Below the pieces are notes generated by a model that saw only the letters and a list, made by a program, of their open reading frames with translations, made no database searches and was not told the origin of the DNA. DNA of 64,000 nucleotides from a virus: IMG/VR virus record IMGVR_UViG_3300046542_000074, positions 37,376 to 101,375 of that record; one strand, written 5' to 3'. Shown one piece after another: positions 44,600 through 54,436 of this stretch (its first letter is position 1; the number at the start of each line of letters is the position of its first letter). Made by a program: the position numbers and the translations under genes.

Positions 44600-44878
44600 A
44601 TGGGTGTTGAGTATAAAGCCAAACTTTTGGTGGGTTTACCTTACGAGAAACTTGAAGAGTTCCTAGACGGCAAAGATCCTGAAGACTTCGGATTGGACTA
44701 TGCAAGTCCTTATTACGACTCTGATCCAAGCGAATGGATTGTCGGTGTAGAGGTCGCCTCCACAGAGGATTTTAGTTGGTGTGAAGTTGACGTACACGAA
44801 CATAAGAAAGCATTTGAAAAGTTTAAAGAAATTACAGGGTTGGTCGGTGAACTGATTCTTAGCCCACACGGACATTAA
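44600..44878 (+). CDS. Hypothetical protein
   Basis: AAGGAG RBS; SPYYD motif. Confidence 0.7.
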   Translation: MGVEYKAKLLVGLPYEKLEEFLDGKDPEDFGLDYASPYYDSDPSEWIVGVEVASTEDFSWCEVDVHEHKKAFEKFKEITGLVGELILSPHGH

Positions 44879-44880
44879 GG

Positions 44881-45510
44881 ATGAACAAGTTTGGTAGACC
44901 ACTAAAGCCAAAGAACCTCAGTGCTGATGGATTCTACAATTCAGGTGGTAAGTACAAAACACGAATAAACGGCATTAAGGAGCCTGCTTGTAGATTGTGG
45001 GAGAACATGAAGTCCCGTATCTACTACCTGCCAAAGATGAACGAGGGTAAGTTTGGAAAGTACTCTGACCAAGTTATCTGTGAGGATTGGAAGGATTATC
45101 AGAACTTCGCTGCTTGGTTTGAGGATGCAACTTCCAAGCACTATGACAAGGGTTGGCAACTTGACAAAGACTTAATAAGTACAGAGAAACTTTACTCACC
45201 AGAAACTTGTGTATTCTTACCTGAAGAGGTAAATAAGGCTCTCAACATTAAGAGTCGAGCACGGGGTGAGGTTTGCTTGGGTGTAAGTTACAGCAAAGAC
45301 GCCACCAAATTGTATGTTCAATACGCCTGCAAACACTCTGATTTCGCAGTTAGAAAGTGGTTCAGCTTAGATAAATTGCAAGAAGGGTTCCAGATGTACA
45401 AGACTGCTCGTGAGCGGTACATCAAGCATCTGGCAGAGAAGTACAAAGATAAGCTTGACCCGAGGGCATATGCTGCTCTTGTTTCATATAAAATTACAAT
45501 GGAGGATTAA
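44881..45510 (+). CDS. Putative homing endonuclease (same family as 28797..29411)
   Basis: W.NM..R, W..YQNFA.W, LDKDL...YSPETCVFLP..N. Confidence 0.75.
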   Translation: MNKFGRPLKPKNLSADGFYNSGGKYKTRINGIKEPACRLWENMKSRIYYLPKMNEGKFGKYSDQVICEDWKDYQNFAAWFEDATSKHYDKGWQLDKDLISTEKLYSPETCVFLPEEVNKALNIKSRARGEVCLGVSYSKDATKLYVQYACKHSDFAVRKWFSLDKLQEGFQMYKTARERYIKHLAEKYKDKLDPRAYAALVSYKITMED

Positions 45511-46475
45511 TGACTAGAAGTTTTTGTGCAATCGACGGAGATTTGGTGGGGTTCAAGGCAGCAGCCGCTTGTGAGACCCGGACAATTGAAGTATCCAAAG
45601 ATGATATTTCGGTTGGGAACTTCCCAAACAGAACTAAGTTCAAAGCTTGGCTGAAAGACCAAGTTGGAAGTCCAGACTACTCAGAGTTCACAATCAAAGA
45701 TGTTCAAACTGTTGAGGACATTGCAAACTGCCTGCACACAGTCAAAGTAATGATCCAGAGTATTCATGCTGCTACAGGCTGCGATGATGTTCGTGTGGTT
45801 GTGCAAGGAGAAGGCAACTTCCGAGATAAACTGCTGTTGCCAAGTAAATACAAAGGTAATCGTAAAGATACACTCAAACCCTTGTACTTGAAAGAGGCGC
45901 GTGAGTACTTGATTATCCGCTTCGATGCAGAACTTGCACACGGTAAAGAAAGTGACGATGTGTTGGCTGCCTATGCTTATCAGGGTTACATGAACAAGAC
46001 TAAAATTGTTCAATGCTCTACTGATAAAGATGCGAACAGCAACGTCGGTTACTTGTACAATTGGGATAAGATGGAAGAACCTGAGTTGATCCAAGGTCTT
46101 GGACATTTGATTCGAAACGACAAAGGGGAGGTTAAGGGTAAAGGTCGTAAGTGGTTCTATCACCAAATTCTGTTCGGTGATCGTTCTGACAACTATATCC
46201 CATATGCCCTTACTAAATCGAAGTTTGGAGAGAAGGCAGCGTTCGACGTGATTAACGAACTTGCGACTGATAAAGAATGTTGGCAGGCAATTTACAACAC
46301 ATACAAGACTTGGTATCCAGAGACTTTCGAGTACACAGCTTGGGACGGGACGGCTGTGCAAGGCGATGCACTGCAACAAATGCAAATGTATATCGACTGT
46401 GCGCACATGCAACGATTTGAAAATGATCGTTTGATTGCCGCAGATATTCTTGACCGCATGGGGATCGAACAATGA
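45510..46475 (+). CDS. 5'-3' exonuclease (T7 gp6/T5 D15-like)
   Basis: IDGD, YKGNR, ESDD, DKD and GD.SDN motifs. Confidence 0.9.
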   Translation: MTRSFCAIDGDLVGFKAAAACETRTIEVSKDDISVGNFPNRTKFKAWLKDQVGSPDYSEFTIKDVQTVEDIANCLHTVKVMIQSIHAATGCDDVRVVVQGEGNFRDKLLLPSKYKGNRKDTLKPLYLKEAREYLIIRFDAELAHGKESDDVLAAYAYQGYMNKTKIVQCSTDKDANSNVGYLYNWDKMEEPELIQGLGHLIRNDKGEVKGKGRKWFYHQILFGDRSDNYIPYALTKSKFGEKAAFDVINELATDKECWQAIYNTYKTWYPETFEYTAWDGTAVQGDALQQMQMYIDCAHMQRFENDRLIAADILDRMGIEQ

Positions 46476-46693
46476 GTTGGGTTGTAATTACAGATAATCC
46501 GTATTACCCAAGTGTGTTGGTAGTGGCTACAGCCAATGAGGCGTGTAAGGTGTATGATGCCATCAAAGAAACCCGCGACTACCGAGATGACAATGAGTAT
46601 GCGTATGCTGTTGAAATCACACACATTCCGGGTACTAAGTTAAAGACACAAGACTGGGAACATGTTACTGTCGAAGGTGTTACTTATCTATGA
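46472..46693 (+). CDS. Hypothetical protein
   Basis: Coupled ATGA overlaps. Confidence 0.6.
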   Translation: MSWVVITDNPYYPSVLVVATANEACKVYDAIKETRDYRDDNEYAYAVEITHIPGTKLKTQDWEHVTVEGVTYL

Positions 46694-47277
46694 CAGTACC
46701 CTCACCAGCAGACCTAAAGAAACGGGAAGCCAAACTTAAAGAGTTCACGAAACGATTGACAGATGAAGGTAAACCTCAAGAAAAACATGTGGTTGCAGTG
46801 GTTCGCTCAGCCATCCGTCAGGCGTGGATGAAATCGGACGTGAAGTTGAGCTTTCTGTATAAAAACACTATTCCTGATATGGATCCACTTACCCGGACAA
46901 AGTGGTTGTACAAGTGCGAGATTTGTGGGAACATGTTCAAACAAAATGAAATCGAAGTTGACCACCGACATACTGGTGGTACAAAGTTCACAGAGGTACA
47001 TGAGTTTGAACAGTTCTTCAGGAACGTACTGATGGTGAGTGAAAATGACTTGCAGATTCTTTGTAAGGCAGACCATGCAACTAAAACGCTGTCGGAGGTT
47101 TTAGGTATTAGCTTTGAAGAAGCAGTAATTGAGAAGCTTGTAATCGGCACGATGAAAGAATCAGCTAAAAATATTGATAGCTTTCTCGCTCAACACGGTG
47201 TATCATGTGCCCGTAACAAAGATGCAAGGCGAATTGCAGTGCGGGGAGTACTTACAAAACTAGGAGTAAAAGAGTGA
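46690..47277 (+). CDS. HNH endonuclease
   Basis: CEICG...EVDH...LQILC..H..KT. Confidence 0.8.
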   Translation: MTVPSPADLKKREAKLKEFTKRLTDEGKPQEKHVVAVVRSAIRQAWMKSDVKLSFLYKNTIPDMDPLTRTKWLYKCEICGNMFKQNEIEVDHRHTGGTKFTEVHEFEQFFRNVLMVSENDLQILCKADHATKTLSEVLGISFEEAVIEKLVIGTMKESAKNIDSFLAQHGVSCARNKDARRIAVRGVLTKLGVKE

Positions 47278-47450
47278 AAACAGTTCGTGTGACGGTTGAT
47301 TATGCCCATGATACAACCAAGGGTAAGTTGTACCAGACAATCGCAGAGCCGTATGAGTGTTACACGCCGAATAGCGTGTGGATTGTGGACGACGTTGGAG
47401 AAGAGTACATACTATTAGCTGGAGAGTACGAAGTGCTTTCCGAATGCTAA
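47274..47450 (+). CDS. Small SH3-like protein (58 aa, not in ORF track)
   Basis: AGGAG RBS, GTG start; similar to 48008 and 48211. Confidence 0.65.
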   Translation: MKTVRVTVDYAHDTTKGKLYQTIAEPYECYTPNSVWIVDDVGEEYILLAGEYEVLSEC

Positions 47451-47671
47451 CCCACAACTACCGAATTCTCCGTGATTATGACAAAGAGTTCGGAGGTCAT
47501 CTGTATAAAATGGTTTGTGTATATTATGTAGATGACAAGCTTAGTTCTTTCTCTTACACTGATACTGGTAGCGCTGAGACTCGTGAGGGCATCTACTTTG
47601 ATGTTCTTCGCTTGAATCAAGCGCTTTCCCTTCCAACATTACACCCGGAGGACTTTCCTGATGAAAAGTAA
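47444..47671 (+). CDS. Hypothetical protein
   Basis: Likely start MLTHNYRI. Confidence 0.6.
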   Translation: MLTHNYRILRDYDKEFGGHLYKMVCVYYVDDKLSSFSYTDTGSAETREGIYFDVLRLNQALSLPTLHPEDFPDEK

Positions 47672-47915
47672 ATTAAGCATTGAAGAGTTGGCTCGCATTG
47701 TTGCAGACTTGCAGGTTAGAGTTCGTGCATTGGAGATTGGTCAACAACAGTCACGACATGACAACCCGGACAAGAGTTACTGGCAGAATCCAAACGGTAT
47801 CGGTCATAGCCACTCTATCACCTCTATTGGTGCAGTAGATGCTTACGGAGATACACACCAGCCATTCTCGATTACCTGTTCTCCAAGACTCAAAGACTTG
47901 GATCAAATTAAATGA
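47661..47915 (+). CDS. Hypothetical protein
   Basis: GGAGG RBS. Confidence 0.6.
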   Translation: MKSKLSIEELARIVADLQVRVRALEIGQQQSRHDNPDKSYWQNPNGIGHSHSITSIGAVDAYGDTHQPFSITCSPRLKDLDQIK

Positions 47916-47918
47916 CGG

Positions 47919-47947
47919 TTTACAACCTGATAAGTTTCGACTATACT
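47919..47947 (+). promoter_or_regulatory. Sigma70 promoter
   Basis: TTTACA-17-TATACT. Confidence 0.6.
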
Positions 47948-48007
47948 GCTCAGCTTATCCAATGCTGTTTGGTATTCCAATACCTGATTGATTAAAGGAG
48001 AGACAAA

Positions 48008-48214
48008 ATGAGAGTTAAGTGTCTGGTTACTGAGTACGATGTAACTGAGGGTACTATTTACGAAGTGGCTAGTTCGTATTCGTTTGCTGGCAGTAATCTG
48101 TTTGAAGTTGAAGTGCGAGATAACGTCGGTGAACTCTGGAGTCTTCATAATAATGAACACCTCAACGAGTTTGAAGTTGTGGAAGAAGAGGATGTAATCG
48201 TGTGTGAAGAATGA
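48008..48214 (+). CDS. Small SH3-like protein
   Basis: AAGGAG RBS; T.G..Y...D..G...EFEV pattern. Confidence 0.65.
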   Translation: MRVKCLVTEYDVTEGTIYEVASSYSFAGSNLFEVEVRDNVGELWSLHNNEHLNEFEVVEEEDVIVCEE

Positions 48215-48387
48215 GTATGATGAAAGTTAGAATGATCGCTGATCTTGGGGAGGGCACTGAGTTTGTCACAGTGGGTAAGGTGTACGACTGCAAGCGTGTA
48301 AGTACGCAAGGTACGGCTTATATCAGCGATAACGAAGGCATGACTTCTGAACTTTACAAAGGTGAATGGGAGATGGTTGATGAATAA
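48211..48387 (+). CDS. Small SH3-like protein (58 aa, not in ORF track)
   Basis: ATGA overlap; VTVGKVY...ISDNEG...EWEMV. Confidence 0.65.
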   Translation: MSMMKVRMIADLGEGTEFVTVGKVYDCKRVSTQGTAYISDNEGMTSELYKGEWEMVDE

Positions 48388-48673
48388 TGTGTTTCCGCTG
48401 TATCCAAATGGTATTCCACACGATGTGCTCGGTCGTCTTGCTAAGATTAGCGTAGATAAGCGCGGCCAAGTAAAAGCAACTGGAACTTTTGCTGACAGTA
48501 TTGCGACCAGCATTGAAGAGGAACGACAGTTTCTGCACAACACTTTGAATGATACTTTGGCAGCCTTGCACACGATGAGTGTTAACGAGAAGTATGAGAC
48601 TTTTGCAGGGTTGAGTGAGAGTATGAAGGATGTCTTTGACTTGTACATTAACGAGAAATTGAAGGGGAATTAA
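48380..48673 (+). CDS. Hypothetical protein
   Basis: Likely start MNNVFP behind GGAG. Confidence 0.6.
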   Translation: MNNVFPLYPNGIPHDVLGRLAKISVDKRGQVKATGTFADSIATSIEEERQFLHNTLNDTLAALHTMSVNEKYETFAGLSESMKDVFDLYINEKLKGN

Positions 48674-48897
48674 TGGCATACGCAATTAGTCTTAAAACTG
48701 AGAGTGGTGACGATTACTTGTACTGTGTAGATGTTTTGGATGACGCTGTATTCAAAATCAAACAAGGCATGGGCGAAGAACTCGCTTACGTGTATAGTGC
48801 CGGCATTGCATCTAGTATTAGCCCTGACGAGAAGTGCATCAATCAACTACGAGAGTTGATTGGCGAAGCAATTGAAAAAGCCCAAGAATCTATTTAA
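48673..48897 (+). CDS. Hypothetical protein
   Basis: TESGD.Y motif; RBS. Confidence 0.65.
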   Translation: MAYAISLKTESGDDYLYCVDVLDDAVFKIKQGMGEELAYVYSAGIASSISPDEKCINQLRELIGEAIEKAQESI

Positions 48898-48906
48898 GGA
48901 GAATTA

Positions 48907-49878
48907 ATGCAATACACTATGCGACCACTGAAGGATTGGCATCAAGAAGCTGTACAGCTTAAAGGTTTGGGTTACAGCAGTCGTCAGATTGCTAAGTTGT
49001 TGAACGTAGGTAAGACTTCGGTTAACGATATATTGTCGAAGCTAAACGGTAGTTTCTACGGCTGGAAAGATGAAACAGACGTTGCACTAGAGGGTGAGTA
49101 CATACCCAAGGGTGGCCCGCGTATCCTTGTTTACGACACAGAAACAGCACCACTTTTAGGTTATGTTTGGAAGTTGTGGGATAACAATGTTGGGCTGAAT
49201 CAGATTCATTCTGACTGGCACTTCTTGTCTTGGGCTGCTAAGTGGCTGGGCGAAGAGGAAGTGTACTATGAAGACCAGAAAGATGCTGCAAACATCGAGG
49301 ATGACTTCCTGTTGCTGCAAGGTATCTGGCGTCTGTTGGACGAAGCGGACTTTGTAATCACACAGAATGGTAAGAAGTTTGACCAGAAGAAATTGAATGC
49401 CCGCTTTGTATTACACGGCATGAAACCACCTTCGGCTTATCGACACATTGATGTTCTGCAAATTGCTAAGGCAGTGTTTGGCTTCACTTCGAATAAATTG
49501 GAGTACATGACTAACGCGCTGTGCAAGAAGTACAAGAAGTCTGGACACCCAACCTTCGCAGGGTTTGAGTTGTGGAGTGAATGTATGAAGCGCAACCCAT
49601 TGGCTTGGGCAGAGATGAAGGAATACAACATTCTGGATATCTTGAGTCTGGAAGAACTGTTTTACATTCTGGCTCCGTGGGATAACAAACTTCCAAACTT
49701 CGATGTGTACCAAGATGAGGTAAGTGATAATAGTGACTGGACTACCAATGGGTTTGTATATTCTAATCTTGGTAAGTACGATCGTTATGTTCATTCTGAG
49801 ACTGGGCAACAACGTCGTGGTGCTGTAAACTTGCTGAGCAAAGAGAAACGTAACAGTCTTATGAGGAACATTGTGTGA
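48907..49878 (+). CDS. HTH + RNase H-like (DEDD) 3'-5' exonuclease
   Basis: N-terminal GYSSRQIAKLL HTH; YDTETAP, QNGKKFD, HID.L, YN..D. Confidence 0.85.
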   Translation: MQYTMRPLKDWHQEAVQLKGLGYSSRQIAKLLNVGKTSVNDILSKLNGSFYGWKDETDVALEGEYIPKGGPRILVYDTETAPLLGYVWKLWDNNVGLNQIHSDWHFLSWAAKWLGEEEVYYEDQKDAANIEDDFLLLQGIWRLLDEADFVITQNGKKFDQKKLNARFVLHGMKPPSAYRHIDVLQIAKAVFGFTSNKLEYMTNALCKKYKKSGHPTFAGFELWSECMKRNPLAWAEMKEYNILDILSLEELFYILAPWDNKLPNFDVYQDEVSDNSDWTTNGFVYSNLGKYDRYVHSETGQQRRGAVNLLSKEKRNSLMRNIV

Positions 49879-50102
49879 AAGAAGCACTGATTAAACTGAT
49901 TGCTGGCCTTGAGGGTCAGTACAAGCATGAAAGCAACTTCTACAACGCTTACATGGGTTTGGACGATAACGATGGTGATATCAGCAACTGGTGTAATAAC
50001 CACTTCGAAGACTCTGTTGAAATGGGTTTTGGTGTAGGAGAACGCTCAGCTACATTTGATATCATTGAACAACTTAAACAAATCGTAGGAGAACACGCTT
50101 GA
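49875..50102 (+). CDS. Hypothetical protein
   Basis: GAGG RBS, GTG start. Confidence 0.6.
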   Translation: MKEALIKLIAGLEGQYKHESNFYNAYMGLDDNDGDISNWCNNHFEDSVEMGFGVGERSATFDIIEQLKQIVGEHA

Positions 50103-50533
50103 AAGGCTTGAAAGTAAAACTGAAGAAGCTGCACCCAAAAGCAATTACCCCAACTTATGCTACCGATGGCAGTGGTTGTTTCGATATCTACAGCCTTACA
50201 TCAGGCGAAGTAACACAGACCCTTACTGTTGATACCGGGTTGGCCTTTGAAGTGCCAGAAGGCCATGTGATGCTTGTGTTCTCTCGTTCTGGACACGGAT
50301 TTAAGAACAATGTACGGCTGGCAAACTGTGTTGGTGTGATTGATGCAGATTACCGGGGAGAGCTGAAAGTAAAACTAACTTCTGACACTGAGTGGAATTC
50401 GTTCTACGTCAATGTAGGTGATCGAATTGCTCAAGGTATGGTGTTGCCAATCGAGCAAGTGCAGTTTGAGGAAGTAGAAGAGTTGTCGGATACAGAACGT
50501 GGTGCGGGCGGTTTTGGCTCTAGCGGGCAATAA
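50099..50533 (+). CDS. dut: Trimeric dUTPase
   Basis: RSG, GVIDADYRGE, GDRIAQ and RGAGGFGSSG motifs. Confidence 0.97.
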   Translation: MKGLKVKLKKLHPKAITPTYATDGSGCFDIYSLTSGEVTQTLTVDTGLAFEVPEGHVMLVFSRSGHGFKNNVRLANCVGVIDADYRGELKVKLTSDTEWNSFYVNVGDRIAQGMVLPIEQVQFEEVEELSDTERGAGGFGSSGQ

Positions 50534-50543
50534 GGAGAATAGT

Positions 50544-51416
50544 ATGAAAGTTGAGTTCCAAGTAGGCGACATGGTTGAGGTAATCACAAACACATTTGAG
50601 GGTAAACACCCTCGTGCAGTGGCTAAGGGTACACGGCTAAAAGTCGTAAAAGAGCTACCACCAGAGGATGATGGTTGGTGGATCAGTAAGAATGGAGTGA
50701 AGCCTTATAACATGAATGTAAATCGTCATGACTTCAAACTTGTAAGTACAGGTACGCAGCTTCTGGATGTTGAGGTAGGTGATACACTCAAGTGTGTTTG
50801 TGTTGACCACTCCAATTGGTACAAAGTTGGTGATGAGGAAGTTGTTCGCACTAAGTTGTACGCTAAAGCTCCCCATAGTTACTGTGTTAATGTTGAGTCC
50901 AACCCCTCTAATAGTGTTTGGGTTGATCTGAAGCACTTCCGGGTCATTAAGAAGAAAGCTGATGAAATGGCTGACCCTGTAAATGTTGTAAACATCACTG
51001 TGAATCCAAGTGATAATACCCACCCTGATAAGGGCTTTAGTGAAGAAATTGGTAAGTTTATTGCGGACAAGTACAAAGCTGTACTTAGCAAGGATGCTGG
51101 CATGTTCCGACCTGTATTGGAAGAACGTAAAGTTGGTAAAGTGAGTATTGAGTTGTTTGATACAGGCTTCCCGAATGCTGTGTGGGAAATCAGCAAGCTG
51201 ATGTCATGGGCTGCCGAGAACAAAGGGTACAAACCTAATGACTGGAAGAGTCTGCCTAATGCAGAAGTAAGCCTGCCAGCAGCGGCAAGTCGTCACCGTA
51301 TTAAACCTTTGTTGGGTGAGAAGTATGATGATGAAAGTAAGTTGCTGCATAAAGCACACGAAGCTTTCAACGTACTTGCAGAACTTGAGTTGATGTTGAC
51401 TGGAGTTATCAAGTAA
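50544..51416 (+). CDS. Two SH3-like domains fused to a dATP/dGTP diphosphohydrolase-like (DUF5664) domain
   Basis: GK..EL..P.A...I...M..A..Y..NDW..A..RH..D.ES.L.H.AH..N; AAGGAG RBS before ATG 50544. Confidence 0.7.
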   Translation: MKVEFQVGDMVEVITNTFEGKHPRAVAKGTRLKVVKELPPEDDGWWISKNGVKPYNMNVNRHDFKLVSTGTQLLDVEVGDTLKCVCVDHSNWYKVGDEEVVRTKLYAKAPHSYCVNVESNPSNSVWVDLKHFRVIKKKADEMADPVNVVNITVNPSDNTHPDKGFSEEIGKFIADKYKAVLSKDAGMFRPVLEERKVGKVSIELFDTGFPNAVWEISKLMSWAAENKGYKPNDWKSLPNAEVSLPAAASRHRIKPLLGEKYDDESKLLHKAHEAFNVLAELELMLTGVIK

Positions 51417-51444
51417 GATTAAGTAAGTATCAAGTAAATAAAGA

Positions 51445-51473
51445 TTGCAATATAACGAGTGTTCCTGTAAAAT
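51445..51473 (+). promoter_or_regulatory. Sigma70 promoter
   Basis: TTGCAA-17-TAAAAT. Confidence 0.7.
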
Positions 51474-51505
51474 GGACACTCAACCCCGAATAATAGGAGA
51501 GTAAA

Positions 51506-52219
51506 TTGTCCCAAGTTTCCAACGTTGTAGAATTCGACCAAGAGTACCTGTCGTTCATTAAGACCCGTCTGATTGGCATCACCACTCCCGTAGTTGATTT
51601 TATCCCCGATAGTGAAGGCATCCTCAGTTTCTGCGCCCGTGTAAGTAGCCCACAAAACCAAGACAACTTCGAAACAGCCAACAAACTTCTGGCGTATTGT
51701 GTCCGTCAAAGTCACTGGTCAGTCTTCGATATGGTGAACGTAGTTGTTGAAGTTGAAGTTCCTCGTGACATTGCTCGCCAGTTTCTTCGTCATTCGTCTA
51801 TCAAGTTCCAAGAATTCAGTCAGCGTTATGCTGAAGCCCAAGAGTTTGTGATTCGTGAAGCTCGCCTGCAAGATAGTAAGAATCGTCAGAACAGTATCGA
51901 CCTTGATGTGTTGGTGTATGAAGACGCTCAGATGTTGCAACGAGAGTGGAACAAACGACAACGCGAAGTTATCGACCTTGTTAAGAAGAACTACCAATGG
52001 GCAATTGATAACGATATCGCTAAAGAGTGTGCCCGTGTTGTACTGCCAGAAGGTAACACCATGAGTTACTTGTACGCAAATATGACAGTCCGTCAACTAA
52101 TCACTTACTTGAAAGTTCGTGATGATGTAGGTGTAACACAGAAAGAGCACGTTGATATGGCTCGTAAGATTCGTGTGGTTGCTTTGGATAAGCTGCCAAG
52201 TATTGAGGGTCTGGTATGA
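51506..52219 (+). CDS. thyX: Flavin-dependent thymidylate synthase
   Basis: ARVS, HWSVF, RH-x7-SQRY (RHSSIKFQEFSQRY), ECARVVLP. Confidence 0.95.
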   Translation: MSQVSNVVEFDQEYLSFIKTRLIGITTPVVDFIPDSEGILSFCARVSSPQNQDNFETANKLLAYCVRQSHWSVFDMVNVVVEVEVPRDIARQFLRHSSIKFQEFSQRYAEAQEFVIREARLQDSKNRQNSIDLDVLVYEDAQMLQREWNKRQREVIDLVKKNYQWAIDNDIAKECARVVLPEGNTMSYLYANMTVRQLITYLKVRDDVGVTQKEHVDMARKIRVVALDKLPSIEGLV

Positions 52220-52644
52220 CAGAAGTAAAACAAAAGAAACAAGAAACATGTGAATACACTCAGTACCTCACACAACTGGATTTGGAACATCACCCGGACT
52301 TTGCTGAAGCTTGGAAGTCTCAAGACCAAACTAAGTTTGAGAAAGTTCTAAATGATATGGGTGTCGATCTAAGTTACGGTTATGAGATTAGTGTGTGCCA
52401 GTGCCGGAGTCGTATCTCACAGAAAGTTGAAACAGGTATGCGTATCAGCTTCCGTGAACGCTCCGACCAATACTGGCTGAAGAACGGAGCTGCCGTAGAA
52501 GACATCATTGAACTAACCCCACCGGGAATTGGTCGTTTGGGTATGATCAACGCCTTGAACAGCAGCCGTAATGTCGAGGAAGAACAACGACTGAAAGTGG
52601 CAATTGATTTTGATGAATTGGAAGAGAAGGAAAAGGCGAAGTGA
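52216..52644 (+). CDS. Hypothetical protein
   Basis: Coupled overlaps. Confidence 0.65.
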   Translation: MTEVKQKKQETCEYTQYLTQLDLEHHPDFAEAWKSQDQTKFEKVLNDMGVDLSYGYEISVCQCRSRISQKVETGMRISFRERSDQYWLKNGAAVEDIIELTPPGIGRLGMINALNSSRNVEEEQRLKVAIDFDELEEKEKAK

Positions 52645-52883
52645 AGATTGAATTGTTTGGTGCGGATTACTGCGCAGGGTGTAAGGTTGTTGAAAAAGTT
52701 CTAACTCAACGTGAGGTTGCATTCGACAAACTCAACATTGACAACAGTGAGGTGATGGAACAAGCCATGCAACTGGGTATACGACAAATCCCCGTGACAG
52801 TGTTCACGTTTGAAAATGGTCGTGAAACAGTGGTTGGTGCTTCGAAAGAAGCGATTGACCGTATTATTGAAATTGTGCAGTAA
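52641..52883 (+). CDS. Glutaredoxin/NrdH-like redoxin
   Basis: CAGC, GIRQIP; precedes RNR genes. Confidence 0.88.
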   Translation: MKIELFGADYCAGCKVVEKVLTQREVAFDKLNIDNSEVMEQAMQLGIRQIPVTVFTFENGRETVVGASKEAIDRIIEIVQ

Positions 52884-52892
52884 GGAGTAACC

Positions 52893-53915
52893 TTGAGTAA
52901 GCCAGAAAAGAAGTACCTCAGTCAGATTGAAACACCAACCGATTCATATGTAACACACTACCCTTGGGCAACTGAGATGGCGATTCAGCAACAGTCATTG
53001 TTCTGGCCTGCCGAAGAACTGGGTGTAGATGAGGATGAACAAGACTTCCGAACTAACCTTCTTGGAGGTGAACTACACGGTATCCTGACAGCACAGTCTA
53101 TCCTGACTCAATACGAGTTGCTGATTGGTGGTGAAGAACTTTGGGGCGGTAAGATTGCTAAGCTGTTCCCTCGTCCAGAGATTCAACGGATGTGTGCGTG
53201 CTTCGCTAACGTAGAACTTGGTTCACATGCACCGTTCTATGCTTTGGGCAATGAAGTGCTGGGTAAAGCGACAGACGAGTTTTACACTCAATGGAAACAA
53301 GATCCAGTCTTGGCTGAGCGTATGAAGTTCATTAGTGAGTGTGCTGCCAGTGATGATGCTTTGGAAGTTACTGCTGCACTGGCGTTCTTGGAAGGTGCAA
53401 TTCTGTTTAGTATCTTTGGTTACTTCAAAGGTTTCAACAGCCGTGGTTACAACCTGATTTCCCACTTTGTCAGTGGTATCGATGGCAGTACAAAAGATGA
53501 GAACTTTCACAGCATCGCCTCGGCTAACTTGTTCCGTCAATGTAAGTCTGAGCGTACAGAGTTGGGCAATCACAGTGCTCGTCGTGAGAACGCACTGAAT
53601 AAGAAAATCGATAAGATTGCTTTGGACGTGTACAACCACGAACTGCTGATCATTGACAAGATGTTTGAAGTTGGTACTAACCGAGTGGTTAAGAAGCAAG
53701 AGTGCATTGAGTTCCTGCAAGATCGTTTGAACGTAGTGTTGAATCGCCTTGGTCGTCCTCCTATGTTTGAACGTGTACAAGGTGTGATTAGTAAGTGGTT
53801 CTACCAGCAACTGAGTACAGTAAAGATTCCTGACTTCTTTGCAGCAACACAACTCCAGTACACACGTAATTGGAAGAAATATAAACTAGGTTTTAAACGA
53901 GATTTGGTACAGTGA
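52893..53915 (+). CDS. nrdB: Class I ribonucleotide reductase small subunit
   Basis: FW..EE, E..SH...Y, EG.ILFS.F, DE..H, PDFF C-terminus. Confidence 0.93.
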   Translation: MSKPEKKYLSQIETPTDSYVTHYPWATEMAIQQQSLFWPAEELGVDEDEQDFRTNLLGGELHGILTAQSILTQYELLIGGEELWGGKIAKLFPRPEIQRMCACFANVELGSHAPFYALGNEVLGKATDEFYTQWKQDPVLAERMKFISECAASDDALEVTAALAFLEGAILFSIFGYFKGFNSRGYNLISHFVSGIDGSTKDENFHSIASANLFRQCKSERTELGNHSARRENALNKKIDKIALDVYNHELLIIDKMFEVGTNRVVKKQECIEFLQDRLNVVLNRLGRPPMFERVQGVISKWFYQQLSTVKIPDFFAATQLQYTRNWKKYKLGFKRDLVQ

Positions 53916-54436
53916 TTCACCCTCTTAAATCTGAAATCATGGAAAGGTTTGAGTATGTAGACGGTAAAATCCTCGTAAAGAAAGCCGGACAATGGAAAGG
54001 TAAAGTTGGTGAGGAAGCTGGTAGTGTGAGGGGTGATGGTCGTAGAATAATTCAAATAAAAGGTGTTAGGTTATTCACGCACCAAGTTGTTTGGTTGATG
54101 TTCAATGATGACTTGCCAGATGAAACGATTGACCATAAGAATGTTGATTGCTCTGCTAATGAAATCGAGAATCTACGACCAGCTACAACCACGGAACAGC
54201 AAGGCAACAAGAAGGTTCAGAGTAACAACACCACCGGGTACAAAGGTGTAAGTTATTCTGACACCAGAAACAAAACTAAACCTTGGCGAGCCTCCATAAC
54301 AGATCAAGGTAAAGCTGTACACCTTGGGTACTTCGCAACAGCAGAGACTGCTGCTAAAGCATACGACATTGCTGCGTTAGAAAAGTTTGGGAATTTTGCA
54401 CTATTGAATTTTAAGGAGTATATTGATGTTGTTTGA
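53912..54436 (+). mobile_element. HNH-AP2 homing endonuclease between nrdB and nrdA
   Basis: IDHKN....N.IENLR.AT; SNNTTGYKGVS..HLGYF.TAE.AA.AYD.AA...FG.FA.LNF. Confidence 0.9.
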
